Shown piece after piece: positions 1 through 12,100 of a DNA stretch of 64,000 nucleotides (positions are counted from its first letter, which is position 1; the number at the start of each line of letters is the position of its first letter). The stretch lies in the NCBI GenBank assembly GCA_964187785.1, contig OZ076409.1, positions 37,388,001-37,452,000 of the forward strand, given 5' to 3'. This stretch comes from Amphiscolops sp. MND2022. Taxonomy: Eukaryota. A program made the translations under genes and the position numbers. The notes under the pieces are model-generated. The model was not told the DNA's origin. It searched no databases and was given only the letters and a program-made list of their open reading frames with translations.

Positions 1-788
1 TAAATATAATCAACCACAATTACAGTAATTACAGTAATAACAGTGGTGTCCCAAAAAATGTGACTTCAAGTCAATTTGTGTTGCCTCGTAACTCAACAAG
101 TATTCAGAAAAAGTAAACTACTTAGAAGAAATTTTTTCTTAGAACTTGAGTTCGAAAGTTTGAAAACCGTTTTAGAAAATCAAAGGCTCTCTTTCCAATT
201 TCTGACTAAAATCCAATTAACTTTTTAAAATAGGTGTTTGCTGGGAAAGTTTTGCATTCAATTTAGTCAATAAGGCTGATAGACTTTCTTTTCATAACCA
301 TCATCAAAAGTAATTACGAAGATTTTTTTGAAAATGTAAATCTATATTCTTATCTTGAAGTAGAAGCAATTTCAAATTTCCGCATGGAAGTTTTGCTCCC
401 CAAGTTTACTGGACATGGCTTGCCTTTCATGATTCATTGGTTCGTCATGCCAAGAATCACATTCCATGATGATGGAAAGATGCCCATGATGACATGGAAG
501 ATCATGGATGAAAATCTTGAAATTTGGCTTGAAAGGACCTACCCCTTTAATTATTCTGCAATAGTAATCAGAGATGTAAAATATTGTATTTGAATATTAT
601 TTTCAAAAAATAAAAATATTCAATAGTTGCTGGCTAACAATAAATATATCAATTATATTGTCCAATATTGTGTGAGGAAAAATATATTGTTCGAACAAAG
701 ATTTCGTTTGCACACTTCTTAGACTGTATTTATATCCATCAAAAAAATAACCGAACTTGCTGAATCTTGTTTTCCTACACGACTAGTA

Positions 789-1486
789 CCCAGTTTGAAA
801 TATCTTGAAACTCTTTCCTATATCTTGGATTTTCCTGCGAATTCCCGCAACCTCTTGAAACCCTTGATAAGATCTTGAATTATTCTTGGACCGTTAAAAA
901 ATCTTGAAATTCTCGACAAAATATATTATTGTCAAGATTCTTCTCAAGAACTTCCAGAGGTGAAAATTTCGAATTCATCGTTCGGGCACAAAATTTACAC
1001 CAAGAGGCCACGTTCTCGTCGTGGGTCCCGTCACGTGGAATCAAAATGGTACCACTCGCGGAGAGCCTCAATAACTCAACATAAGGAACGTGGTTCCAGA
1101 TAGCTGTAAACTTTTTTTGCCTTTCGAAACTATATCCGACAACTACCTGATCGATTTTTCGATGCTTATGAATCTTATTTCTATTGATTTAGATTTCCTT
1201 CCAATTGAACGTTTGTGGTTCGGATTTCCTTGCGGTGGGCTAGGTTGTAAACGGAAATCTTTCAACCTCTCGCTTTTTTCGGCTTATTCTTGGGTTTTCC
1301 CGGATTTCTTGGCAAAATTCTTGGTACTTCTTGGATTTTCCTGAGACGTTGTTTTGTGAGTTTTTTTTCAGTCGAAAGAATAAAGTATTTATCTTGAAGT
1401 TCTTGGCAAGATTTTGCAAGATCGTACATATTCTTGGCTTTCTTGGTAAAAAACTTGGTGAGAATTTCAAGATACTTTACACTGGG
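789..1486. mobile_element. MITE-like non-autonomous TIR element (CCCAG termini, TA duplication)
   Basis: Left TA|CCCAGTTTGAAATATCTTGAAA; right end reverse-complemented TA|CCCAGTGTAAAGTATCTTGAAA. Interior is rich in TCTTGAA/TCTTGG subterminal repeats; no credible ORF. Confidence 0.7.
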
Positions 1487-2175
1487 TAACTAAATCGGAA
1501 ACTTTACAACAGTTGGCCGAGAAATCGAAATGAGTTTCGTGCATTTTGCGTATACGATTATAAGATTACGTTTGTGTAAATACTTGCCAACATTAAAATG
1601 AATATTAAAATATATGGGCCCAAAACACAAATACTTTGGAACAAAAAAATAAACTGTATTGTACAGAAATAAAGTCAAACAATTTTGTTTGTTTTGTCAA
1701 TACATTAAATTCGATGTATTTTTTTACATTCCTGATGGTAATGCACTTAGCAACAGAAGGAAAATTAGTGATCAGAAGAAGGAGTTCTACGTACAAAAGC
1801 AAAAGACGATTCGTTTTTCAGTACTCAACTTTATTTCCATGATTACAACGTTGCGAATCTGATTCAACAATTTATTCTTCGCTAAAAGACTTTTCGAAAG
1901 TTTCAAACATTTTACAATCAGTTGTTCCACCGTTATTTTGCGGAAAACAATCTTCTAAACAAAATTAGTTCCATTCGAAGTCTCCTGATTGGTTTTCGCT
2001 GAAATGCTTAAATTATCACAAGCTTGCTGAAAGCTTTCATGCTTGAGACATTTAGGTATCCTTCATGCATCTTCACGTATGAATGGACTTGGCCCCTACG
2101 TACTGCAATAGGAAATACGCGCGAAATTTTTTTGAATAAAATAAGGACTTAGCGAAAAGTTAGAGCAATAACTGC

Positions 2176-2915
2176 CCCAGGTTGTCACGCCATGACCTGC
2201 CATCCATGATTCATGACTCGCCATGACATGGCCCATGATATAAGCAATGTATGGAAATCCATGAATCATGGATGGAGATCCATGTGACATGGCTGAAAAA
2301 AAAAGATGAATGTGGTTCTATTTTGGACCACTCTCCATTACTTGAGCTGAAAATGAAGTTGGAATCTTGATATCGGACATTCAGTTCAACTGAAAGCAAA
2401 GCTTTCAGTAATTGAAAAAATGTCCTTATTCTGGGTCAAAAATATTCTGGGTTGGAGGCTCTCTGCTAGTGTGGTATATTATAGATATACCACACGTGAC
2501 AGGATTCACGACGAGAACGTGGTCCCGAAGAGTCCCAAAAAACTAACATTTCAAAAATATAGGAAAATAAAAAAAAACGAATGCCAGACACTCAAACGTG
2601 AATGAATATCGAAATTCAGAAATGATGAAAGGAAACAGTTGAAGAGGAAAGTGAGTCGAATACAAAAATGCAGAAAGACAAAAGGTTTTCTTATATTGAT
2701 CTGAAAAGACGCGTTTTTCCGCAATTCCATCAAAAACTATCCCCAATCATGGGGGATGAATGGATGAATCATGGGTCAAAATCATGGATGATGATCCATG
2801 GGGCCATGCCCTGCCATGGGTCATCCATGATTTTCCATGAAAGTAGAAGTAATGCGTCGAAAGATCCATAATCATGGATGATTCTCTATGAATGAGCCAT
2901 GACAGGCATCCTGGG
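2176..2915. mobile_element. MITE-like element with CCCAGG termini and CATG-rich subterminal repeats
   Basis: Left CCCAGGTTGTCACGCCATGAC vs right (reverse complement) CCCAGGATGCCTGTCATGGC. Dense CCATG/CATGA repeats at ~2185-2295 and ~2745-2905. No exact TSD seen. Confidence 0.55.
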
Positions 2916-3522
2916 ACACCTGTTTTCAACATTTCAAAATCGGTGAGTAGTTTTGGAAAACAATTGTTCTTTAATATTCCTTGCTCTCGAAGATTCACGG
3001 AACAAGTTCAAGGTAAATTTGTCAGAAGAAAAATCACTCGAAAACATCACTTGTAGGAAAAAGAAGAGGACAATCGATGTATCTCAAGACAGACTGTTTC
3101 TTCGATATTCCTCTTTTTCCGGAAAATAACAGACAACAGGTACATTCACCCGAAATTTCGGGATCAGCAGCTTTTCCATCTTGGATCAATTGCAATTGCG
3201 GCAATACCAATCTCATCTCTCTGACATTTAACAGTAAACCGCATATACTTCTTGCAAGGATGAAGTTTATAAAAATTCCCCAGTACTTCTCCGAAAAGAA
3301 TCCGCTAAAGTGTCCTTGTTACTGATTGCAATATTTCATATAAATGTTCACTAAACCAAAACGGAGTCATTTATGGCAGTCAACAATATATCGGCAGACA
3401 ATTGTCATCTAAAATTGTTGGTTGAGCAGTTCCAGCTGAGACAGTTGAAACTTTTGTCCAATTGAGTTGTATTCAAAAATAGAGACATTTATATAAAAAT
3501 CTGTAAAAAAACATATAACTAG

Positions 3523-3647
3523 GTAATAAGACGCCCGCTAAACACCGGGATGTTTTCCGCTAAAAATGTAACTCATCAGCACGGGTTCGAACCCACGACC
3601 TCGTTTCGGCCAGGCAGACGCACTACCAACTGCGCTACCAAGTAACT
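3523..3647 (-). mobile_element. tRNA-derived SINE-like sequence (Pol III head)
   Basis: Minus strand reads TGGTAGCGCAGTTGGTAGTGCG...GTGGGTTCGAACCCGTG, with A-box and B-box at tRNA spacing but no closing acceptor stem. The 3' extent is approximate. Confidence 0.55.
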
Positions 3648-5016
3648 AAAATATTCAAGTGAAGTGGATGGAGATGGTGGAGATTTGGTAGTATTTGGAA
3701 AAAAAAACGCAAAACAGATTATGATTTTCCTCCACCATTATATGTTGGCAGAAAATAATAAAGATAACTAGGAAGAATGACTAATCAAGATGCTGATCGT
3801 GGTGGCTGCTGTGATTTACAATTAATTTACAATTAAGTAAAGATAGAAACAATGATGGATATATATGGAACGCTTTCAATCTTACTTCAATGTTCTTAGT
3901 AAATTGCCAACTATTAGAAAAAGTCAATCATGCGCTGAAACCTTCTCTTTTTCTACTATCACAGTGGATATTGATCCAATTTCTTGCTTTTTTATCACTT
4001 CCGTGATCTACAACCTTTCGAAGAGAGAATGCAGCTTCCCAACAGGGCTATGCTCACTTTGATTCTGATCTACCTCACGATATTGGCGTATAGCTCAATT
4101 TTCTTGCAGCTGATCAAGTTAGCGAGTCGTTCCATTATTTTTGTCGCCAATAAGCCTAGGCTCCCCCCATGAGTTCAGGGACTTTCCCCAGAGCAGTTTG
4201 AAATGCATGATTTCGTATGTTGCTCTGCTACAAGATTTCACAGTGCTTGAAAATAGACAAGTTACTGCAATTTGTAACTTCAGAAATTTGACTGATTCCT
4301 TCGACTTCGAATTTTTCAAAAAAAATCGAAGATTTTTATCAAAAAAACTACTAGAATTTGATGATTCGCGAGCAATTCGAATCGAAATTCTTGTAAAAGC
4401 CCTTAGTAACTGTTTGTTTCAGTAATTCAGACTTTTTGAACGAATATCATGGCTTGAAAAAGTTTGAAATTTCAACCTATCAAAACAGCCGATTTTGATA
4501 TTCCGCTCTCAAAGTAGTTCCCTTGAAAAACAGTTCAAAACTTCATTACGACAATGTTTTTGATTTTCGAAACCCGAATATTTTTCAATAATGCGTTTTT
4601 CAACAGTTTGCGAGCAAAAAAAACCTCGGAAAAAAATTCCAGTAATACGAATTTGTTTGCTACACTGGCACTCTCTCACTATTTGTTTACGTCATATTGT
4701 AGCGTCTGTGCTTACAAAATTTAAAGCATTTCCCACAAAAACCTACAATATTTCGCGGGTATTTTGGGTTTAATTTCCTTGATGTTACTTTGAAAGCCCG
4801 CCAAATTGTAAAGGAATCCTAATAAATACCTGGAGAATTAGTGACGCAGCATGAAAATTTTAAGCATGAAATTTTCACCAAGCAGCATTAGAGTGCACAG
4901 GCAAGCCTTATTTGCTCAAAGCGCAACATAGTGCGTTCAATATCTCGGATTCCACAACCATAGCTTTAACCGTGCAAAATTTGCAAATTACGTCATTTGT
5001 CCCGGATTCCACGGAT

Positions 5017-5734
5017 TGTAACGTCCACCAGTCAACACCAAATTTTCGATGAAAAATTCGATCAAGAACCAAAAAATGTGCGAATCAAAATGGCCGACCT
5101 GGCAGGTCCTTAAAGCCCATAAAATGAAAGAAGAGAGCACGTGAACAAGAGGAACGATAGGAGATAATGAAGAGAAGAGGCAAAACAACTGATGACATGA
5201 AGATCCACACGGGACAGAATACGACGAACGCTACCCGGTGCTATGTCATCCCTGAGAAAGCAGAACCATGCTAGAATGGCGTGACTGGATCCCCGAAAAT
5301 CTACAAACAGTAACTGTGTTTTCACTTGGGGCTTATCCCCTTTTGTTTTGTTAATTTATTATAATGCATTTTGTTATTTTCCCCATGTCTGACCTTCTAG
5401 GTCGGCATTTCATGCCCATAACTGTCGAAATGACATTTTTCGAATAAACACTCTTTTGGACCTCGGAAGTATGTAGGAGATGGCAGGAATACACTAAAAA
5501 CCCTAGGATACGTTTTTACAGGCTTGTGGGGCGTGTCCGGACTTTGAGAGTGCCGGCACGTCGCCTCGGAGCTCTAACTAGAGGAGCCTCCTTAGACGTT
5601 AGAAAAGTCCCCCATGGAGACCATTTTGGGATCAAAAACTAGTGTCTAGGTATGTAGTAAGACAACGGTCTCCTGTTTAAGCATCCTAGGCATTGTCCCT
5701 CTTCCTAGATGTGCGCCGCTAGCCGGACGTTACA
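5017..5734 (+). repeat. E1 5' LTR (718 bp)
   Basis: TGTAACGTCC...GGACGTTACA (10-bp terminal inverted repeat); direct repeat of 23392-24110. Confidence 0.97.
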
Positions 5735-5750
5735 TCTGGAATAGTTTTTA

Positions 5751-5768
5751 TGGCGACCACAGAGGGAT
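5751..5768 (+). promoter_or_regulatory. E1 primer-binding site (tRNA 3' end complement, probably tRNA-Arg)
   Basis: TGGCGACCACAGAGGGAT is the complement of ...ATCCCTCTGTGGTCG-CCA and is identical in E2. The Arg assignment is inferred from resemblance to GACCAC-type Arg acceptor stems. Confidence 0.85.
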
Positions 5769-8720
5769 ATTTTTCCTTACCGCGTCCTGCGAGGAGCAAC
5801 TCCTGCTTTCCGGCCCTGAAAGGTCCGGATCTAGGAGAAGCTTTTGGGAGAGTCCTAGATTGTTTTTATTGCTTTATTCTAGCCCTTAGGGCCTTGTATT
5901 AGTGTTTTTCCTACGTTTCCTGCATGTTTCCGAGGTCCCTAATCTGAAAAAGTCAGTTTGAAACGGTGTACCCCCTTGTACCTTATCTGTACTCATTAAA
6001 AGAGCTATTCCGGCTTATCCGGAACGTGTTTTAACGGGTTTTCCAGCTTCTTTTCAGCTAATTAGCAATGTACAGGGACTGCGAGGACGGTTTGTGAAGA
6101 CCCGAACTAGCTGAGTGCAGGACTGCAGGTGCTTCACGTCATAGCCTCTTCCTCCCAACCTGGTGCCGATTTACCGAAAACGGCTGGGTTATTTCGTTCC
6201 CTTTACGTTTTCTAGCCCAAAATTAGTATTCCCAGGCCTGTTTTTGCATAAATTAACTGTGAAAAATACCCACAGGGTATTTGCATCAATTATTTTGGGA
6301 CTTGAGCTCGAAAACGCCAAAAAATAACACTAATAACAGCTCAAATATCAAATTTTCCCGTTTTGAAAGCCAAAATTTTATAAAATTGTTTACGGCCTGT
6401 GGGAATACCTGAAAAACGTTCTGTCGGACCTACCAGGTCGAGAACAAAAATTTTTGTTGGGCTGTTTTTCGAAAAAACATGAAAAATTCAGCAATTTCTG
6501 TTCAAAAATAGGCAAAATTGGCCATTTTGACCAATTTTGATAAGGGCGAAGCCTTGGGCGTTTGTTCCCAAGCCTCTTGAAAGGCCAAAAAATTTTGTTG
6601 TTGTGCTTGGTAGTACGCAATACTACTACCAAGACGGTTTTTGACCACCCCCAATATAAATTGAAGTTTTAACATTACTTTTCTTTCATTAAAATAGACC
6701 GGAGCACAGGACCCCATAGACCTGAGAGCTATAACATCAAAAGTAATAATTGAAAGAACCCCACTCCCCTGAATAAAGTAGTTACACCTTCCTACTATAC
6801 TGTTAAAACCATCTCGAACCTCTGGGAACCGAAGAATAAAAAGTTCCTAGGGAAAATACGTGTTTTTCATAGGTGTTCCCAGAGTGTCCAAGGTGTAACC
6901 TAAAATCAATTTTGAGAAACCTTATTTGGAACCTGCCAGGTTTCACTCGCCTATTTTCTGTTAGTAGAGAGTATTAGATTACTAACGCCGAAAACCGCGA
7001 GTGATTCCAACCAGTGGTTGTTGAGAAATAGCCCAAAACGTGCTATTTTTGCGACATTATTGGAACATTGAAATAGTGTTTCAAAGAAAGGTCGAAATCT
7101 CTCCCAGCAGGAGTAGCCCAAAACTTATTGCACCATCGTGTAGACCGCAAAATGTTACGTTAGTGGTGTAATTTTCGTAGCGCTACTGTTACTAGTGATC
7201 GAGAAATCTTAGCCGCAGTTTTGCTCAAAAATGATCCGAAAATGTCGAAAAAATTGAATTTTAGTTGAGCATAGCGCAATACCTAGCAAGTACCCCAACA
7301 CTGAAATTCTTGCATTTTCGTGCACACGGCATTGGATCACGACGATTTGTGCAATTTGAGCAGCCGGCTACTAGCCGAAGCTAAGAAATTGACATTTTTG
7401 TGAATTTTGACCCGAAAAAGCGGTACCCCTGGTACATCAAGGTTTTGTCACTTCATATCGCCAGATACAGATCAAGGCACCTCGCCGCTGAAATTTTCCG
7501 TCGTGTAGGCATAAAGTACGCTCGCATGCAAAATTTCAGGTAGCTAGGACGCCTAGAAGGCGAGTTTAACCACTTTTTGTGAAATTCGCGACATAGCCAA
7601 TTTTTCAGTGAACATTGTTAAGTGGCCGTGACACACACAGAATCAATTTTAGCGCAATCGGAAGCTTATTCCCCACGATTCAGCCGGTGTACTAGACGGT
7701 GTGAAATTTTCAGGTCGCTAGCACCACTAGAAGTAATTTTCACCTTCCCCGGAGGTGCTACTTGATGAGAAAAACAATATCTTGAGCGAATTTTAACTGA
7801 AAACCCATGCATTTCTGATCCTGATACACCCCATTCAGGGCCGAAACGACCTGTTTAGCGTATCGGGGGAATCCTACGCACCTCACCGAACTTATAAAAT
7901 CCGTATAGAGTTAACCCCAAGATCAACGACCTTCCACTAAACGCTCTACGAGACCAAAAGACGGTAACTCCAAAAATCAAAATTCGTTTCTTTCCCGCCG
8001 CTAAGGTCGCCTAGGTGCAATCTGCTCGCCATAACCACCCCGACTCTGCGCCTCGTATACCCTGAGGGTGCGAGAGTGTGCCTGGGAACATCAAAACAAT
8101 CACAGACCAGGTTTGCGGAACACGTAGGGAAACTAGAACAAGGACAGGGAAGATCACCCATGTCGTTGTAACCCTTTCACCCACGAGCCATAAAGCCATA
8201 GACCAGGTCATCACTCGATACTCAACCCACACGTTCCCAATCAAACCCCAGATCATTTCCAGTCCATTGTCCACCCATTGTCCCCGAACCAGCCCACCCA
8301 TTGTTCCCAACCTCCTCACACAAAAAAAAAAAATTTTTGTTGAAGAAAGTCGAACCCTCTAAGTGAGGAAAAAGCAGATGAAATTTTAGTTAACCAAACC
8401 AGCGATAGTGTGCCTAGTGCACTCCACAGGTGTAGAAAGCAATTCAAGCCCATTTAGCAAGTCTTTACCCCAATACACGAAAGACGAGTGACAAAGCGCG
8501 CCAAATAGACTAGTTAGTTAGTCAGTGCAGTTTAGATAGTATCTTTTTGAGTTATTTAGCCAAAGCAAACTCTCCCCATTCCATCACACACCACTTGTTT
8601 TGTGAGGGGAAGGAAGTAGAGAAAAGCCAAAAAACAAAAAAAAATTTTTTTGTTGTTGTTGTCGGCCACATCGTGGAAGCTTCACACGCAGTGGAAGCTA
8701 AAATATTACATTTCGTGGCC

Positions 8721-9170
8721 ATGGAACGACGCGAGACTAACACAACCATAAGCGACTTCCATGCCACCAACCCTTTCAGAAGAAGAACGGAAGCCACAAC
8801 CGAACAAAACGAATGTAGATTAGATTCAGCCATAGCAGCCGTATTTTCAGAAGCTATGTCTGACTTCGTACCGAGCCAGGAGCAAAACGCGGAGATAGCC
8901 GTTGCCACTAGCCAGCTTAACTCCTCGCGAGCCTCCCCCGATAGCACCAATCTACCGGATAATACTGAGAACACTACGCAAAGAAACACCTGGCCTCCGC
9001 TGGAAGTCACTGACTACAGCTTGGAAAATTGGCCTAACTCCAACCAAGGGCCCACCAGTGAGCCCAGCATCGTTGATACTCCCAACGAACAAAACGACAC
9101 TCCAATGACTCCACGGGCGGACCCACAGACGGCGGATGTCGAAAGGAACCCCCGGGTTCCCAGGAGATGA
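8721..9170 (+). CDS. E1 Gag N-terminal segment, out of frame with the main ORF
   Basis: FHATNPF, TWPPL and NWPNSN motifs match the in-frame N-terminus of E3 Gag. The stop overlaps the next ATG (ATGA at 9167-9170). Confidence 0.7.
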   Translation: MERRETNTTISDFHATNPFRRRTEATTEQNECRLDSAIAAVFSEAMSDFVPSQEQNAEIAVATSQLNSSRASPDSTNLPDNTENTTQRNTWPPLEVTDYSLENWPNSNQGPTSEPSIVDTPNEQNDTPMTPRADPQTADVERNPRVPRR

Positions 9171-12100
9171 TCAATAGCGTAGGCGGGAATCCCTTCCGAA
9201 GCGGATATGCGCTACCGGAAGCACCGGCGAAAACGTCGAACGGGCCAGTGGAGAACTCGAAGACAAACATAACAGAGAATCCGTTAAGATACGTTTTTCG
9301 AACGCCACCCTCGGTGAGACCAAAGATTAACTATGCGAATGCGAGTCGAACGTCTCATACGCCAGACTCTCAAGCTAGCGCCGACACCAATCTCGACTCA
9401 ACAATAACCAAAGCAAGGAAGGAAATGCAAACGGTTCGAGAAGACTTTCAGAGTAGTCTGGCTCAGCTAGCTCAAGTCCAGACGAGGCTGGCGAGGGAAA
9501 ACAATGAACATGAGATGCGCGCCGACATGATAATGAGAGACATGGATGAGCTGCGAAAAGGTCTGTTGGAAATGCAAGCGGAAGGGCGACAAAATCAAGG
9601 TCGACTGGAGGCGTCCATGGCATCTCTCAATGATCTGATTAAACAGAGAGGAACTACAGCAGACGCCCGCATGGCCGAGATGTCCGCAATAATGAGGGAA
9701 AGAGACCGCCAAGCAGACGAACGCATGAAAGCAATGACAAACACGATGCAGCGCCGCGACATAGACTCCAATATCCGCATGGCGGACTTAATGATGGCAA
9801 TGCAAGATTTAACATTGGGAGTGAAAGCAATTGTGTCACAAACCCCCGCGCAGCAAGCACAAACGGCGCCGCGGATTCCCCAAAAGTATCAACAAACCGA
9901 AATGCCATCTACAAGCGAAGCCCCCCAACCTCACTATAGGACGGTGGCACAGCACACCGTGGAGCCTCCTAGGCCTCCAAAACTAGTGCCACCCGCGACG
10001 TACAGGCGTGACCTGTCTAAAGCTAGCAAGATGGCTAAAGTAACCCACACGGAGTCACGAGACGCCGGTACGGACCCGATGACTGACCCGCCGTCGTTTG
10101 ACCAGTACGCTCGCGGGACATCAACCTCCGGCGACTTTCATACAGCCGCCGACGAAACGAACATCCGCAGGACCAGCTATTATACGGCCGATTCCAGCGC
10201 AGCATTCCGCCCACCTGCGCGAACGCATACGTTCAGAGACTTTGTTCCGCGGCCAGTGGCCACCAGTACGCAGCGTAAGGTGACAAACAAGCGGAATCTA
10301 GAACAAGGCAAAGGCGAACATAGCGACATTGAAGAAATGCCCTCAATGGCAGAAGAGACCCCAGACACACCGAGAACTACCCAACGACAAGCACTAGCGG
10401 AAGCAATATCTACGGCCATGTCTAAAGGCTTGGAGCCACTGCTCGCCGCCAAAGAATCTAAAAACAAGCCCACGAAATATAGAGGAACCCGCGACGGAAA
10501 CGCAGATGGATGGATGATGTTGATGAAACGCCATTTGGAAAAAGCACACCCGAAGGCGACCCCCCTCGATAAAGCATGGACAATAATTGAGTATCTAGAG
10601 CATGAAGCCAGAGATTACATCACGAATAAGTCCGAAGCCGAGAGGGACACGGACGAAAAAGTATTCGCATTGCTGGCGCGTCGCTTTGGGACAGGCTCCA
10701 GCAAGATCCACATCCAACAGCAATTTAGAACCCGCAACCAGAATAGCGAGGAGGACTACATGCAATACCTTGACGCCCTCGAAGGCTTGCGTAGTCAGGG
10801 TTACCCCAATGAAGAGGTGACAGTTCGTCGATACGAAATCATGCAAAGATTCATTGAGGGAGTACGCAACTTCGAACTAAAAAGGAACCTCGCGCTAATG
10901 TATGCACCGGAACAATACGTGGAGACCCCGCCAACAGTGGAAGCCCTCCGCTTCACGGTACAACAATACTTACGCATGCGTGGCTCCACTCGCTCGGACA
11001 ACTACCCAATGATGCCCCCTCCACAACAACAAGCCAACATCCAACAACCTAATCAATCTCCGGTAGCACCCGCGCCTGCCCAAAAAATGCAACAACAACA
11101 GCCTCCCCAACCAGCAGCATACCAACAACAACCCATGCCACCGGCAGCCTATCGACAACAACCCCAGAGGGCGTGCTTCAACTGCGGAGACCCATCGCAC
11201 TTCGTGGTGGACTGCCCCCTGAAAGACCGTGCACGGAAGCCGGTGCAACAGCAAGTGAACTCCTGTCACACGAACCCGACTGGTAGTTGGGTGTGCCCCT
11301 CCCAGCCACATGGCTTGAACTATGATGTTTTCCCAGCATCCCTGCCAACCCAAGGCACAGTTCCCTTCTGCATCAATTGCGGCCGTACTGAGCACTCGGC
11401 GTCAGAATGCATGGCCTCGGAGCAAATGAGTCACGAAGAACAAATCCGTGCAGCGTGGTATGCTCCTGCACCAAGTCAATTCGATGGCCAGAGCCAAGAC
11501 GACCAAGTCCGGGTAATATCGATAGCGGAAGATGGGGGTCCCTCCCGACCTGTAGTAGTCACTTGTGGCGAGAAACAAGTACTCACCACGCTGGAGGCGC
11601 CCGCCCCAGATTGCACAGAAACGCTTATCTCGATACACTTGCTTCTCTCGGCAGAACAAAAAACGCGACCCACGCTGACGCTATCGCAACTAAAAGAGGA
11701 ATTATGCAGAAACGTAAAATATACTATCGCAGCGCGACCGCTCCCACATTTCACGAGAGAAGACGAAACGAAGCTGGCCCCAATACAGAAAGTCAAAACC
11801 GTTTCTCCGGTGCCGGTAGCCATTAACGTAGACGGTGTAGATATGAAATTTGACGCTATCGTAGTCTTAGAAGGTCACTTCCCTCAGGGATTGTACTTGG
11901 GCCGCCAGGAGTTGCGATGTTATAACATCGGAGTGCAAGATGCCCAGGGGGAGGCTCGCATTGACGAACGAGCATCCCTGGTGGTTGCCTTTGGCAACAC
12001 GATCCAGGAACCAATACCCTTGTACGGGATGATTGACACCGGTTCCGGTGTCTCCATTCTCTCCCTCAAGGCCTATCAAAAGATTGCATCACCCCACGCC

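Noticed and set aside
3575..3647. Functional tRNA gene
   Set aside because: A and B boxes are present but there is no pairing acceptor stem or clean anticodon arm; better explained as a SINE head.
384..4773. Short ORFs (60-94 aa) as host genes
   Set aside because: They lie in AT-rich MITE/repeat DNA with no recognisable motifs; the Met/His/Trp-rich ones just reflect CATG repeats.
5013..5017. 4-bp TSD GATT for E1
   Set aside because: It would need the 5' LTR to lack its first T, and the same shift does not work for E2; 3 bp fits both.
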